A stretch of DNA of 64,000 bases from an uncultured Candidatus Saccharibacteria bacterium (lineage in GTDB: Bacteria; Patescibacteriota; Minisyncoccia; UBA6257; 2-01-FULL-56-20). A model generated the notes under the pieces. That model made no database searches and was not told the origin of the DNA. It worked only from the letters and a program-made list of their open reading frames with translations. Shown here piece after piece: positions 1-9,471 of this stretch. The DNA lies in contig CAYHXC010000007.1 in the NCBI GenBank assembly GCA_964360585.1, positions 3,867-67,866 of the forward strand, given 5' to 3'. How positions within the stretch are numbered: position 1 is the first letter of the stretch; each line of letters opens with the position of its first letter. Made by a program: the position numbers and the translations under genes.

Positions 1-61
1 GGTGAGTGCGATTAGTTCCTTCATTGCCGTACGACGTTATCTCCATGGATAATAGATAGTT

Positions 62-535
62 ATGTTGGGTATTTTAAAAGCTTTATTTTTCAAAGATAGG
101 CGCTATTTAGTTCCCGTTTTATTTTTTTGGTATATTATTGTTTTTGTTCTTATTCATTTTTATGCTTCCATTTTCCTTATTCGCTTTATTGGCGACGTCG
201 ATATTCATGCATATTACTTAATTTGGCCTCAACAACAGATTGGCGAATACCTTATTGGTTACCGGAGTTTTGATTTTCCAGTATTGGCAGCGTTATATCA
301 AGGATTTGGCTATGTCGTCATGCCCGGGGAGATTCTTGGATTTATTTTAAGTTTGCCCATTCCAGATGAGTTACTAAAGTCGGTTCAATTAGTAGAGCCT
401 TCCAAGAGAGGAGGATTCATATTCGCCACTTATTGGGCCTTAAGCCCAGCAGGCGAGGTTGTTTTTCTTGTTGCAGCCCTGTTAGCGATTTGGTTGATTA
501 ACTATTTAGCTGTGCGTAAGCGTCATAAGTCTTAG
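62..535 (+). CDS. hypothetical membrane protein
   Basis: 157-aa ORF with several hydrophobic segments; no recognizable motif. Confidence 0.35.
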   Translation: MLGILKALFFKDRRYLVPVLFFWYIIVFVLIHFYASIFLIRFIGDVDIHAYYLIWPQQQIGEYLIGYRSFDFPVLAALYQGFGYVVMPGEILGFILSLPIPDELLKSVQLVEPSKRGGFIFATYWALSPAGEVVFLVAALLAIWLINYLAVRKRHKS

Positions 536-573
536 TTGATTTAAAGTTTCAGCCCGGAAGCAACCTGTGGATA

Positions 574-616
574 AGTATATATTGTATATATTCATAACTT
601 TGATACTATATATACA
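574..616 (+). promoter_or_regulatory. AT-rich palindrome (TGTATATAT..ATATATACA) plus a direct GTATATAT repeat immediately upstream of the lexA start; candidate operator or promoter
   Basis: inverted and direct repeats read directly in the sequence; position relative to lexA. Confidence 0.3.
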
Positions 617-1326
617 TGAATCAAGAATCAGTTATAAAACTAACCGACAAACAGAAGAAGTTTTACGATTCGCTGTGTGCGCTGATTGAGAAAAAAGGTG
701 AGTCGCCAACGGTAGCGGAACTGGTGCGGCTTATGAAATTTTCTTCGCCACGCGCCGTAACACAGTATCTTGAAGCTTTAGAGCGGAAGGGCTTAATTGA
801 GCGCCGGCGGTACGAGCGGCGCGGAATCCGTCTTCGGGAGCTGAAAGAAGGAGGAACAGAAACCGTCCAGATTCCGGTTATTGCGTCGGCCGGTTGTGAT
901 AATGTCAGTGTTTTTGCCCAGCGGAACTTTGGCGACTATATCTGCGTTGCTTCAGATCTTTTACAAGGCGTGGATCGAGATAATGTGGTTTGCGTCAAAG
1001 CCGTAGGGGATTCGATGGTGGACGCGGGTATCAATGAGGGCGACTATGTTTTAGTTGAGGTGATGGAGACAGCCGACCAGAACGATCTTGTTGTGGCAAT
1101 TATTGATAGCTTTGCGGTTATTAAGAAGTTAGAGATTGCGAATAACGCCATTATTTTACGGCCGGTTTCCTCTGATCCGCAGTATAAGCCAATCATTGTT
1201 AACAAAAACTTCCGGATCTTCGGCAAAGTAATTGACGTGATCCGAGTTCAGTCGGGCACCGATCTCGAAATTGTGCCCTTGTATACCAACCCAGAAGACA
1301 CCCGAATGGACTACGAACTTATCTGA
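616..1326 (+). CDS. lexA: LexA repressor (S24 peptidase)
   Basis: N-terminal winged-helix region; C-terminal S24 signature (GDSM...K) typical of LexA. Confidence 0.8.
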   Translation: MNQESVIKLTDKQKKFYDSLCALIEKKGESPTVAELVRLMKFSSPRAVTQYLEALERKGLIERRRYERRGIRLRELKEGGTETVQIPVIASAGCDNVSVFAQRNFGDYICVASDLLQGVDRDNVVCVKAVGDSMVDAGINEGDYVLVEVMETADQNDLVVAIIDSFAVIKKLEIANNAIILRPVSSDPQYKPIIVNKNFRIFGKVIDVIRVQSGTDLEIVPLYTNPEDTRMDYELI

Positions 1327-2057
1327 TCCGTAGTCAGAAGCGAAGCAGCATCTTTGTCTAAAAGCCAGAATAGCTCACCGTTTTCCGGTTGTATCATGGC
1401 TACGGGGAGATTTTTATGCACTTCCCGATTTTCCAAGATTTCCTTTATTATTGGAGCTTTTTCTTTTCCGCTCGCCATTATGACAACGTGACGGGCGGTA
1501 TTGATTAATTTCAAGGAAAACGATAGGCGAATTGATGGAGGCTTTGGAGACTCAGTGATAACGAGAATCAGATCTTCATCGTTGTGTGGTTTGTATAATG
1601 CAGGAAATAAGGAAGCGGTATGACCGTCCGGGCCAATACCAAGAAAAATCAAATCGAACTTCGGTTCATTATTGCCAAGTAGTTCCTGAATATCCGCCGT
1701 GTAAATCCGAGCCGCGTTTTCAGGCGTCGAGTGTTTCGTAATATATGGGTGAAGATTTTCGATCGGCAGTGGAACTTTGCTGAGGAAATATTCATAGATT
1801 ATCCGATAGTTATTGTCCTCCCCTTCGTAAGGCACGAATCGTTCGTCGCTCAAAAAAATATGAACTTTGGACCAGTCGATCTGAGATCGGAACGGTTCTT
1901 CGGTAAGAAGGCGGTGCATAGTCTGGGGCGTCCCTCCTCCAGCCAAAGCAACGACAGCAACACCACGAATTTTTATAGCTTCTTCTACAGACTGACTGAA
2001 AAGTTGAGCCGCTTTTTTAGCAAGAGTCGGTTGGTTGGGAAGGATAAGTAGTTTCAT
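1311..2057 (-). CDS. pgl: 6-phosphogluconolactonase (NagB/DevB family)
   Basis: VALAGGGTP and later DERF-containing motifs typical of 6-phosphogluconolactonases. Confidence 0.75.
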   Translation of the reverse strand: MKLLILPNQPTLAKKAAQLFSQSVEEAIKIRGVAVVALAGGGTPQTMHRLLTEEPFRSQIDWSKVHIFLSDERFVPYEGEDNNYRIIYEYFLSKVPLPIENLHPYITKHSTPENAARIYTADIQELLGNNEPKFDLIFLGIGPDGHTASLFPALYKPHNDEDLILVITESPKPPSIRLSFSLKLINTARHVVIMASGKEKAPIIKEILENREVHKNLPVAMIQPENGELFWLLDKDAASLLTTDQISS

Positions 2058-2117
2058 GAAATCCGAGATATTGTACCATAGTTCTTGCCTCCCAACTCGG
2101 CAGTTGTTAGGATCTTT

Positions 2118-2285
2118 CTAGAACCCATCTCAAAAATAGAATCACGCAGTCTTCCGGCTAGATTCGGCTATAAACCCACCCGACCCTCCTTGAAATACCA
2201 TAGGGTATTCCTGTCTCGGGTCGGATGGTTCTCGCTCGAATCTATCACGGAATACCCCTGTGCCTATTTTTGAGATGGGTTCTAG
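2118..2285. mobile_element. MITE copy 1 (about 166 bp, terminal inverted repeats AGAACCCATCTCAAAAATA / TATTTTTGAGATGGGTTCT, flanked by CTAG)
   Basis: near-identical copies at 22884-23051, 28486-28653 and 55873-56040; perfect terminal inverted repeats (TIRs). Confidence 0.8.
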
Positions 2286-2304
2286 TTATTTGGAGGATAG
2301 AAAT

Positions 2305-3006
2305 ATGCCGAAACAAGTCCTGCCGGATATCGTTGGTTTTGGGTGGCTCACGGAGTATCTGAAGAGGCATGGATTTCACCAGCTCTCAGCTTCCGAGGCC
2401 TATCAACGAGTGGCTCCGTATTTGCCGAACTCTCCGAAGTACTGGCCTCACCGAAATCGATTTGAACAACGTCATCGCGAGGGGAGAGAAGCCGGGTTTA
2501 TCTTTTCGCAGAATGGTTATGATGCTGTCGTTTGGACAACCTGGCTGGTTCGTGAGGGTAGGCCGCGAGAAAGCGACACTGGTTGGGTGGTTATTTCGGA
2601 AGGACGAAAAGCCCTCTACTTTGCCAAGCCGGCCAACCGTACAAAGCACTTTCTTCGTACACTGGCCATGCGGGCGGCAGTAGCGAAGCAAAGAGTGGCG
2701 AAGCGTCCTCACTGTGAGTTGTGCAACACGCTCATGAGAATAGTGCGAGGCCCCGAGCTCCGAGAGCGTTATTGGCGCTGTGATCTGAAACATCGGCATA
2801 CAACGCGAAAGTACACTTCGCGGCCGTGGGACGTTGGTCTCACCCCCGAAATGCGCGAGTTTGTTGAAAAGACTCGCCGAGAAGAACAGCGGTACGAAAA
2901 AAGACTGTTAGCTCAAGGGAAACGGCCACACACAGCTATGCTGAAGCGCAAGCGGTGGGAAGATCGAGTGGCAGCAAAAAAGAAACGAGCGCTACAACCG
3001 AGATAA
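2305..3006 (+). CDS. hypothetical Arg/Lys-rich protein with C-x2-C ... C-x-x-x-x-H cysteines; higher GC than its neighbours
   Basis: ORF-track frame begins inside the MITE; first ATG after the element is at 2305; strongly basic, possibly nucleic-acid-binding. Confidence 0.4.
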   Translation: MPKQVLPDIVGFGWLTEYLKRHGFHQLSASEAYQRVAPYLPNSPKYWPHRNRFEQRHREGREAGFIFSQNGYDAVVWTTWLVREGRPRESDTGWVVISEGRKALYFAKPANRTKHFLRTLAMRAAVAKQRVAKRPHCELCNTLMRIVRGPELRERYWRCDLKHRHTTRKYTSRPWDVGLTPEMREFVEKTRREEQRYEKRLLAQGKRPHTAMLKRKRWEDRVAAKKKRALQPR

Positions 3007-3026
3007 TATCTCGGTTTTTCATTTTC

Positions 3027-3626
3027 TTACTTACAGTTTAGGGCACTTCGGCACTGGGCCTTGGCCGTCGGATCGTTCGTTGCCTGATCACAGAGGGCGC
3101 ACTGGGCTTCAAGCGAGACGCTCCCAGAAACCTGGCCGCTTACAGTGGGCGGTGGGGTCATCTGCTCCACTATTGCCTCATTTTCGATAAAGGTGACATT
3201 TTGCGGAAGAGTAATGAGTGTGGCGTCCTCGACCCAAGGATTACAGGAGTAGTTAAATTTTTGATCGAAATCAACCCCTCCCATCATACCCACTGTCGAC
3301 ATCTTGAATCCTTGGTTTGTGGTGTCCGACCAGATATAGGCCGACGCGCCGTCCACTAACGTATGGATCTGTTCGGCCTGGCCATTCGTCAACTCAACAA
3401 AGTTCATGAGTATCTTCCCTCCTGAAACATAGATCTCGCCCGAGGCGCTCGTGCCGGTCACGTCTTCCCCAAAGGTACATTTCTGCGAAGTTTGCGAGTC
3501 GAGAAGATCTTTAAGCGATGTTCCTCCGCCGGAGAAAAGACTTGAGCCGGATTGGGTCAATAAAAAATATGCACCACCGCCCAAGACTGCTACGACAATA
3601 ATGCCGATAATGATTTTTTTATTCAT
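3027..3626 (-). CDS. hypothetical secreted/membrane-anchored protein
   Basis: N-terminal transmembrane/signal segment, Gly/Ser-rich linker, C-terminal cysteines. Confidence 0.45.
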   Translation of the reverse strand: MNKKIIIGIIVVAVLGGGAYFLLTQSGSSLFSGGGTSLKDLLDSQTSQKCTFGEDVTGTSASGEIYVSGGKILMNFVELTNGQAEQIHTLVDGASAYIWSDTTNQGFKMSTVGMMGGVDFDQKFNYSCNPWVEDATLITLPQNVTFIENEAIVEQMTPPPTVSGQVSGSVSLEAQCALCDQATNDPTAKAQCRSALNCK

Positions 3627-3659
3627 GGAGTTAAGTATATAGTGGCCGCTGTTTCCGGT

Positions 3660-4418
3660 CTATACGGCCTCGATAGCTCGAGCGGCCTCACGATAGGCGC
3701 AGTAATCACACTCCGGTCCGGAAGCAGGAAGTTCGTCCGCGACAAGACAGTTGTGGGCGTTCTGGAGAGTTTCTCCGACCCAGCTATCGTCGCCTTCGTA
3801 GGGGATAAGCTTCACCTTGAACTCCAGCTTGCCATCGAAGGATTTTTTATCCGTTTCACCATTGCAGTACACAAAATACCCAGTTGAGCTCACTTTAAAA
3901 CCATTCCTTCGGAAGAGCCATTGGTATATTTCCATCTGGCGTTTGTAGCCGATTTGCCAGTCGGCATCGAGACTGACTTCGCCGTCTTTCGAAGTGGCTT
4001 TGTAGTCGACAATGATGAGCTCGCCCTTGGGATTAACCCAGACATCGTCCACGCCGCCGGTTACCAAAAAATTAGTTGGCTCGTGGAGATGTTGAATACC
4101 GCCGCCCAAAGCATCCCGCCAGAACTCCATTTTTTCATGTTCGTAGGGCACGGCATCAAGGCCGTAGGCTTCCATCATTGGATGGGCGGTATGAGCAGCG
4201 CGATGAATATCAAACTCTTTTTTCAGAAGTTTATCGACGGCGCTGTTGAGGCTGAACGGAAAACCGGGCGGTTGGCCGACGCCCAGGCGGCGATCAAGAT
4301 AAAAACAGCGCGGGCAGTTCAGAAAGAGGTCAATTTTTGAACGGCTCAACTTGAAAGGGACTTTGGAGTGTGGAACGAAAAGATTGCGAACTCGCTTCGG
4401 GTTGTAATAAGAACTCAT
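3660..4418 (-). CDS. PD-(D/E)XK nuclease, Cas4/RecB-like with 4Fe-4S cysteines
   Basis: N-terminal CPRC plus C-terminal C-x2-C; IVDYK core motif (D..E/D-x-K). Confidence 0.6.
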   Translation of the reverse strand: MSSYYNPKRVRNLFVPHSKVPFKLSRSKIDLFLNCPRCFYLDRRLGVGQPPGFPFSLNSAVDKLLKKEFDIHRAAHTAHPMMEAYGLDAVPYEHEKMEFWRDALGGGIQHLHEPTNFLVTGGVDDVWVNPKGELIIVDYKATSKDGEVSLDADWQIGYKRQMEIYQWLFRRNGFKVSSTGYFVYCNGETDKKSFDGKLEFKVKLIPYEGDDSWVGETLQNAHNCLVADELPASGPECDYCAYREAARAIEAV

Positions 4419-4521
4419 CGCCTCAGTCTAATCGTTTGAACTTGGAAAGACAATAATGAAGATTCTCTATTTATTCCGTCGCGAAAGTGTGGCAGGATAA
4501 GAACGTCATAAATATACGCAT

Positions 4522-5691
4522 ATGAAATTTCAATTCAGGCGAATAATGACAGGGGCGGCCCTGGTTCTGCTTCTTTCCCCGATCCTCAGCGAAGCATCGT
4601 CATTTTCTTATGCCGGCTGGATTCCTTTTTGGGAAAAAGACCGCGGCATTTCTGATCTCACAGAAAACCTCACCAAGGTGCACTCCGTTAGTCCTTTCTC
4701 GTATGAGGTTCGTTCCAACGGCACACTAGTGGATAAAATAAAGATTGATGAAGGTGTCTGGCCGATCTGGAGGGTGGTGGCAAAACAGATTGGCGTAAAA
4801 GTTATTCCTACTGTCGCCTGGTTTGACGGCGAGGGAATTCATAAGCTTCTTACGAACACGAAGAAGCGTCGGGCCCATGAAGACGCTATTGCTAAATTAG
4901 TTAAAGACAAGAAGTTTGACGGTATCGATATCGATTACGAGGCTAAAAAAACGGAGACCATGGGTTATTTTTCATTGTTTATAAAAGGGTTGGCTATCCG
5001 TCTACATCCGATGGGAAAGACACTCTCCTGTACCATTGAATCACGAATGCCGGTTGATTCTCGGTACAATGTCGTTCCTGGAGAAAAAATCGAGTACGCC
5101 AATGATTATAAAGTTTTAAACCGGTATTGCGACGAGGTGCGGATCATGGCCTATGATCAGGGCGGTGTCGATCGTTTGCTCAACGATAAAAAGGGGAATG
5201 GCGCGCTTTACGCTCCCGTTGCCGATCCAGAATGGGCAGAGAAACTGATCAAAGAAGCGATGAAGACGATCAATCCAAAAAAAATTGTTCTCGGTGTTCC
5301 GACCTATGGGTATGAGTATCAGGCGACTTGGGATAGCGGAATAACGACCTATCGCCGGTTGCGGAGTGTGAACTACAATACGGCCATGACCCTCGCGAAT
5401 CTGGTCGGAGCCGTGCCAGCAAGAAATGCCGCGGGGGAACTGGGATTTTGGTACGGTTCGAGTAGTTTTGTTGAGGTATCTCCGGCTTTACGGCGCGATG
5501 TTTCATCAACGGAACCAGCTGAGATTATGGCTTCAAAACAGGCTGGAAAGATCACTCGCTTTGTGTCTTTGTCTGACGCTGAAGCGGTGGCGCAGAAAAT
5601 TGCGCTGGCCAAAAAATATAATTTAAAGGGCGTTGTCCTCTTCAAATTCGACGGCGGACACGATCCTCTGATCTGGACAAAGCTTCTCTAG
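4522..5691 (+). CDS. secreted glycoside hydrolase family 18 (chitinase-like) protein
   Basis: signal peptide; DGIDIDYE catalytic motif (DxxDxDxE) of the GH18 family. Confidence 0.7.
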   Translation: MKFQFRRIMTGAALVLLLSPILSEASSFSYAGWIPFWEKDRGISDLTENLTKVHSVSPFSYEVRSNGTLVDKIKIDEGVWPIWRVVAKQIGVKVIPTVAWFDGEGIHKLLTNTKKRRAHEDAIAKLVKDKKFDGIDIDYEAKKTETMGYFSLFIKGLAIRLHPMGKTLSCTIESRMPVDSRYNVVPGEKIEYANDYKVLNRYCDEVRIMAYDQGGVDRLLNDKKGNGALYAPVADPEWAEKLIKEAMKTINPKKIVLGVPTYGYEYQATWDSGITTYRRLRSVNYNTAMTLANLVGAVPARNAAGELGFWYGSSSFVEVSPALRRDVSSTEPAEIMASKQAGKITRFVSLSDAEAVAQKIALAKKYNLKGVVLFKFDGGHDPLIWTKLL

Positions 5692-5703
5692 AAACAATTG
5701 GAG

Positions 5704-6633
5704 TTATTTCTTAAAAGCAATCGGAATTTCCAAGGCGGCGTCATGCTCCGGTAGTCCGGAGGGATTATCTTTTTGCAAGATGAGTGTCCCGCGAAGATTA
5801 TTTCCGGCTGGTGGTACAAACTCAACGGTTGCCTCAAAGGGCACAAAGTTTTCCGTCATCCAATCACTTTTAGCTTCGGCATGATGCTCGGCAATAATTT
5901 TACCGTTCCAGTCGGTTATGGTAATTGGGAAGCTGGCTTCAAAAAACCAGGTACCGCGTGCTTTACCTCGAATGACAAGCGGACTGGAGATCTCTTGTCC
6001 TTCGGTAATATTGTCGACCACGATTATGTTTTTTAGATTTTCCCGATCAACCGCCGGTGAGTTCTGAAATTGTACGGTCCGAAGAAGATCATCGAAGTCT
6101 TTTATGGTCTGATCGGTCGGCGCGTTGTAAAACACGGTGAACATGTACACGAAATTTTCGCGGGCAACGACAACGTTTTTGTTTTCGTAGAGACCGGTTG
6201 CGTCATAGGCAACCGCCGGTTCGCCGCCCAAGGTTGTTTCAGTGGAACTTGTTTTGGCTAATTTATAGTTGGAAAAACTAGTTTCCTCAACCCATCTCTT
6301 CACGGGGTAGTCATCAAGGTTATTTTGGAAGATGCCGATGGTAATCGTCGGCGGACTTTCTCGTCCGACTTCTTGGCCGGAAAAAACACGGCGGTTTTCT
6401 TCAGTGTCTTCGGTAAGAATCAAGCTGTACCGCGAGCGTTGGCCATTACTCTCGTCGCGTTCTTTGAGGAAATAGCGTGACGAGTACTTAAAGCCTAGCC
6501 CTAGCTTTTCCGAATTGAATGTTGTTGCGGTTGATGGGGGTAGTACATCTGGATTTTTTTGGCGTAGAGAAAAGAGATATGTGCCGGTTATGAGGACGAT
6601 AAGGATAAATCTAATAATGATATTTTTTTGCAT
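5704..6633 (-). CDS. hypothetical membrane-anchored protein (Ig-like/Gmad2-type C-terminal domain possible)
   Basis: N-terminal transmembrane segment; no catalytic motif recognized. Confidence 0.4.
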   Translation of the reverse strand: MQKNIIIRFILIVLITGTYLFSLRQKNPDVLPPSTATTFNSEKLGLGFKYSSRYFLKERDESNGQRSRYSLILTEDTEENRRVFSGQEVGRESPPTITIGIFQNNLDDYPVKRWVEETSFSNYKLAKTSSTETTLGGEPAVAYDATGLYENKNVVVARENFVYMFTVFYNAPTDQTIKDFDDLLRTVQFQNSPAVDRENLKNIIVVDNITEGQEISSPLVIRGKARGTWFFEASFPITITDWNGKIIAEHHAEAKSDWMTENFVPFEATVEFVPPAGNNLRGTLILQKDNPSGLPEHDAALEIPIAFKK

Positions 6634-6695
6634 GGCCTGGTTATGATAAGACGATTTTTTTAAATACTACTCTTACGAGATGAAGGCTTGATGGA

Positions 6696-7250
6696 TTAGG
6701 CAGATCCCTGGGCGATGAGGCTGATGACAAGGATTCCTAGCGTATTAAAGACCAGAGAGGTAGGGAGAAAAATAGCGTAGTTTACGGCGGAAAGGCCGAG
6801 GAGCGTGATGCCCAACTCATCAGGCAAAGGTGAGGCTATAATAAGTGCTCCTAAAAAAGGTACAAACCGATGAAAGAGTCTCGTTCGGAACAGTGCTGGC
6901 AAGCGAACGCGCGGGGCGTGACTTCTTAGATAGGCAATATCATCAGTTACTCGGTCGCGAATGAAGCCGAAAAGTATTGCATCGCCGATCATTGCTCCCA
7001 GGCCACCGATGAGACTAACCGCGAGCGGGGATTGCTGTCTCGCAAGTTCTCCAAGAAGGGCAATGGCCGGAGCGGTTGTAAAAACCGACGTAAAAAGCAT
7101 GCCGGCGAAAAAGTCTCCAAAATAACGCCACTCGTTAATCTGGCCGGTCAGTTTTATGGTGAAGCCGGACCATTCCATAAAAAAAGCCAGTCCGATGGAA
7201 AGTGCGATCAGGAAAACGTCTTCGATGAGGTGTTTTCTTTCCCGTGCCAT
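6696..7250 (-). CDS. hypothetical integral membrane protein
   Basis: multiple hydrophobic helices. Confidence 0.45.
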   Translation of the reverse strand: MARERKHLIEDVFLIALSIGLAFFMEWSGFTIKLTGQINEWRYFGDFFAGMLFTSVFTTAPAIALLGELARQQSPLAVSLIGGLGAMIGDAILFGFIRDRVTDDIAYLRSHAPRVRLPALFRTRLFHRFVPFLGALIIASPLPDELGITLLGLSAVNYAIFLPTSLVFNTLGILVISLIAQGSA

Positions 7251-7428
7251 AAACTACAGTATATCGCTTTTTTCGACCAGGCCGAAAACGAGAGTTTTTA
7301 TCTGGCGTTGACGTACTGTATGCATTGCCCCCGGTTTTTAAAGGCAAGATCGGTAAAAATTTTCCAACCACCATTTTTACACTCTTTTTTGTATCGAGGA
7401 GCGGGCGAATTTTATATTTTTGAGGTCA

Positions 7429-7947
7429 TGTCGTCCGGCATTTTAGTCTCTCGGGGATCCCTGCAAACAGGTGCAAATGTTGCTGATATCTACGTTTAGT
7501 TTAGGCCCAACGTGGCCAACCGCGTTCACTCAGCTCAATATGGCGATAGCGAGTGACACGCCGGATGTCGCTATTCTTTCTTTCGGTACGAATGACATTC
7601 TCTTTCTCTACAATGTAGTTGTGAATTGGGGTGGAAATCCGTCAACGCTCGATATTGGACAGATCATCACCAACTACCGCAGCTTGGCGGATATCGCGAC
7701 TCAAGCGAATCTCTCCGCCTTTTTCGCCCTCACGCCGCCAGTCAAGTCTACGTATATCCACAACCCGCTCTATAATGATTTGGTGAATGATATGAACAAT
7801 CGTTTGCGCCACACAAGCTCAGCCGAACGATTCATCGATTTCCACACGTTCATGGTTGATCCTACAGATTTCTTGAATGATCTCCATTTCACGAATTCGG
7901 GCCAAACAAAACGCACGACCGCGGCGGTTCAAGAGATTAAGAATTAG
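7429..7947 (+). pseudogene. SGNH/GDSL-family hydrolase, apparently frameshifted
   Basis: degenerate block I (LVSRGSLQTG) in one frame ends at a stop at 7497-7499; block II (FGTNDI) and block V (DxxH, as DLHFTNSG) continue in the +1 frame from 7471. Confidence 0.4.
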
Positions 7948-8047
7948 CTTCGTGCTGGGGGACCCTCTTCCGCCAAGGCTTCAGACGGGCACGGCAGGGA
8001 CCGCCAGAGGCGGGCAGGCGAACCCCGATACCCATTTTCCTGCAGTG

Positions 8048-8118
8048 CTGGGGGACAGGGATTCGAACCCCGATAGCCAGGTCCAAAACCTGGAGTCCTA
8101 CCATTAGACGATCCCCCA
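8048..8118 (-). tRNA. tRNA-Gln (anticodon UUG)
   Basis: cloverleaf read by hand: acceptor UGGGGGA/UCCCCCA, T-loop GGUUCGAAUCC, anticodon loop UUUUGGA. Confidence 0.75.
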
Positions 8119-8120
8119 AT

Positions 8121-8801
8121 TTATGTCAAACACTTTATCATACCCTCTACCCACCCTGCAATTTTTCTATTTAAATCTGTGCTCCGTGCTATTACTACTC
8201 GAGCCGTACCTCGATACTTGTCGCCATTGTTTTTTCTTTTGGACCGGGGGTTATGCTTTTTAAAGTAAACCCGCAATTGTCGATGTGAAATTTTAAATCC
8301 ATCCATCCAGAACTTCTTCGCGGACTCAATGTTCGCTTTTTCGTGTATATAAAGTTCATATTTTAAACTACCATTTTCTACTTGAAGATACTTTTTCACC
8401 CACTTGATAAATAACTGATGAGCGTTTAAATCCATATTACTGAAAGTCATTTTTGCATCTTTAGTCCAATCTTTTTCTTTTGATCCTTCTGCCCAATAAA
8501 GCGCAAGCCCCGCTACCCACAGAGGATCTACTATAAAGTTACCAACTTCCTTCCAGGCCTTCTCTTTTATTAACTTTGTTTTTTCTACTCTTTGTTCGTG
8601 GACTTTTCTCCATCCTCTCTCTTGAGCAGCACGTTTTTTATCGGTAAGTCGTTGTACTTGTCTTTTCGTAAGAGATACACTTCGCAACCATAGCGATAGT
8701 GTTGATTTGGCTACTTTTACCTCAGAAAGAATCTCCGAGTAAGATAATCCATTTTTTCTCATAGCAATCGCTTTTATCCTCTCTTTTTCACGGTGTAACA
8801 T
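8121..8801 (-). CDS. hypothetical helix-turn-helix protein, possibly homing-endonuclease-like; low GC
   Basis: N-terminal helix-turn-helix (HTH) segment (GLSYSEILSEV...STLSLWLR); weak LAGLIDADG-like stretch (VAGLALYWAEGS); lies directly upstream of tRNA-Gln on the same strand. Confidence 0.4.
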   Translation of the reverse strand: MLHREKERIKAIAMRKNGLSYSEILSEVKVAKSTLSLWLRSVSLTKRQVQRLTDKKRAAQERGWRKVHEQRVEKTKLIKEKAWKEVGNFIVDPLWVAGLALYWAEGSKEKDWTKDAKMTFSNMDLNAHQLFIKWVKKYLQVENGSLKYELYIHEKANIESAKKFWMDGFKISHRQLRVYFKKHNPRSKRKNNGDKYRGTARVVIARSTDLNRKIAGWVEGMIKCLT

Positions 8802-8976
8802 TTTAGGTTGCAGTATCTATACTGTAGATTATAGTGATAGTTCATAAGTAGTCAACAACTCCATCACCCCTCGATTTTTTCGAGTGAGTATTTCAAGGTT
8901 TACGAAGATATGTTAGTAATTATCACAGAAATTCCAGAAAGATTGTCTTGCTCTACCGATTTGGTATGATTGTGAT

Positions 8977-9471
8977 ATGAACCTACCGGAAAAATTATCA
9001 AAAATTCTGCTTTCCGTAACCGCCGAAGCGCACTGCGATGTGCCGTGCGGTATCTACGAACCAGTGCAAGCCAAAATTGCGGCAAAAACGATTCAGAGAA
9101 TGGTGATGCAACTGAAAGAATTAAAACCTTCGGACCATAATCACAACAATCTTGCGGCGGCGTTGGAATACACGAATGCCGTTACGCGACGAATTGCGAC
9201 CAAGGAAAAACATGCTCAGATGTGCAAGGATGAACTTTCGCTTCTGTGGTCAGATTTTTTCAAGCCAGAGCATCTTGAGAAATTTCCTGACCTCCACAAT
9301 ACTTTTTGGCAAGCGCTCAAATTATGTTCGAAGAACAAACAGTTTATTGACGAGGAAGCAGCGCAAAAATTGATCGCGGCGGTTGATGAGATTGCTAAGA
9401 TTTTTTACGAAGTGAAAAATGATCCCGACCGCTATGGCTCATACCAGAATATTACCGATAAACTCTTTTAA
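8977..9471 (+). CDS. sodN: nickel-dependent superoxide dismutase precursor
   Basis: pro-peptide followed by the Ni-hook motif HCDVPCGIYEP (His-Cys-x-x-Pro-Cys-Gly-x-Tyr). Confidence 0.85.
   Translation: MNLPEKLSKILLSVTAEAHCDVPCGIYEPVQAKIAAKTIQRMVMQLKELKPSDHNHNNLAAALEYTNAVTRRIATKEKHAQMCKDELSLLWSDFFKPEHLEKFPDLHNTFWQALKLCSKNKQFIDEEAAQKLIAAVDEIAKIFYEVKNDPDRYGSYQNITDKLF

Noticed and set aside
2085-2273. 62-aa ORF (and its identical twin at 28393-28641) lying inside MITE copies
   Set aside because: It exists only because the repeat is open in one frame. The element is too short and palindromic, and no start or Shine-Dalgarno context is visible. It is treated as a non-coding repeat.
8121-8801. Calling the HTH protein a LAGLIDADG homing endonuclease or IS630-type transposase
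   Set aside because: Only a weak single LAGLIDADG-like stretch is present, and there is no DDE or D(E)-triad. It is kept as a hypothetical HTH protein.
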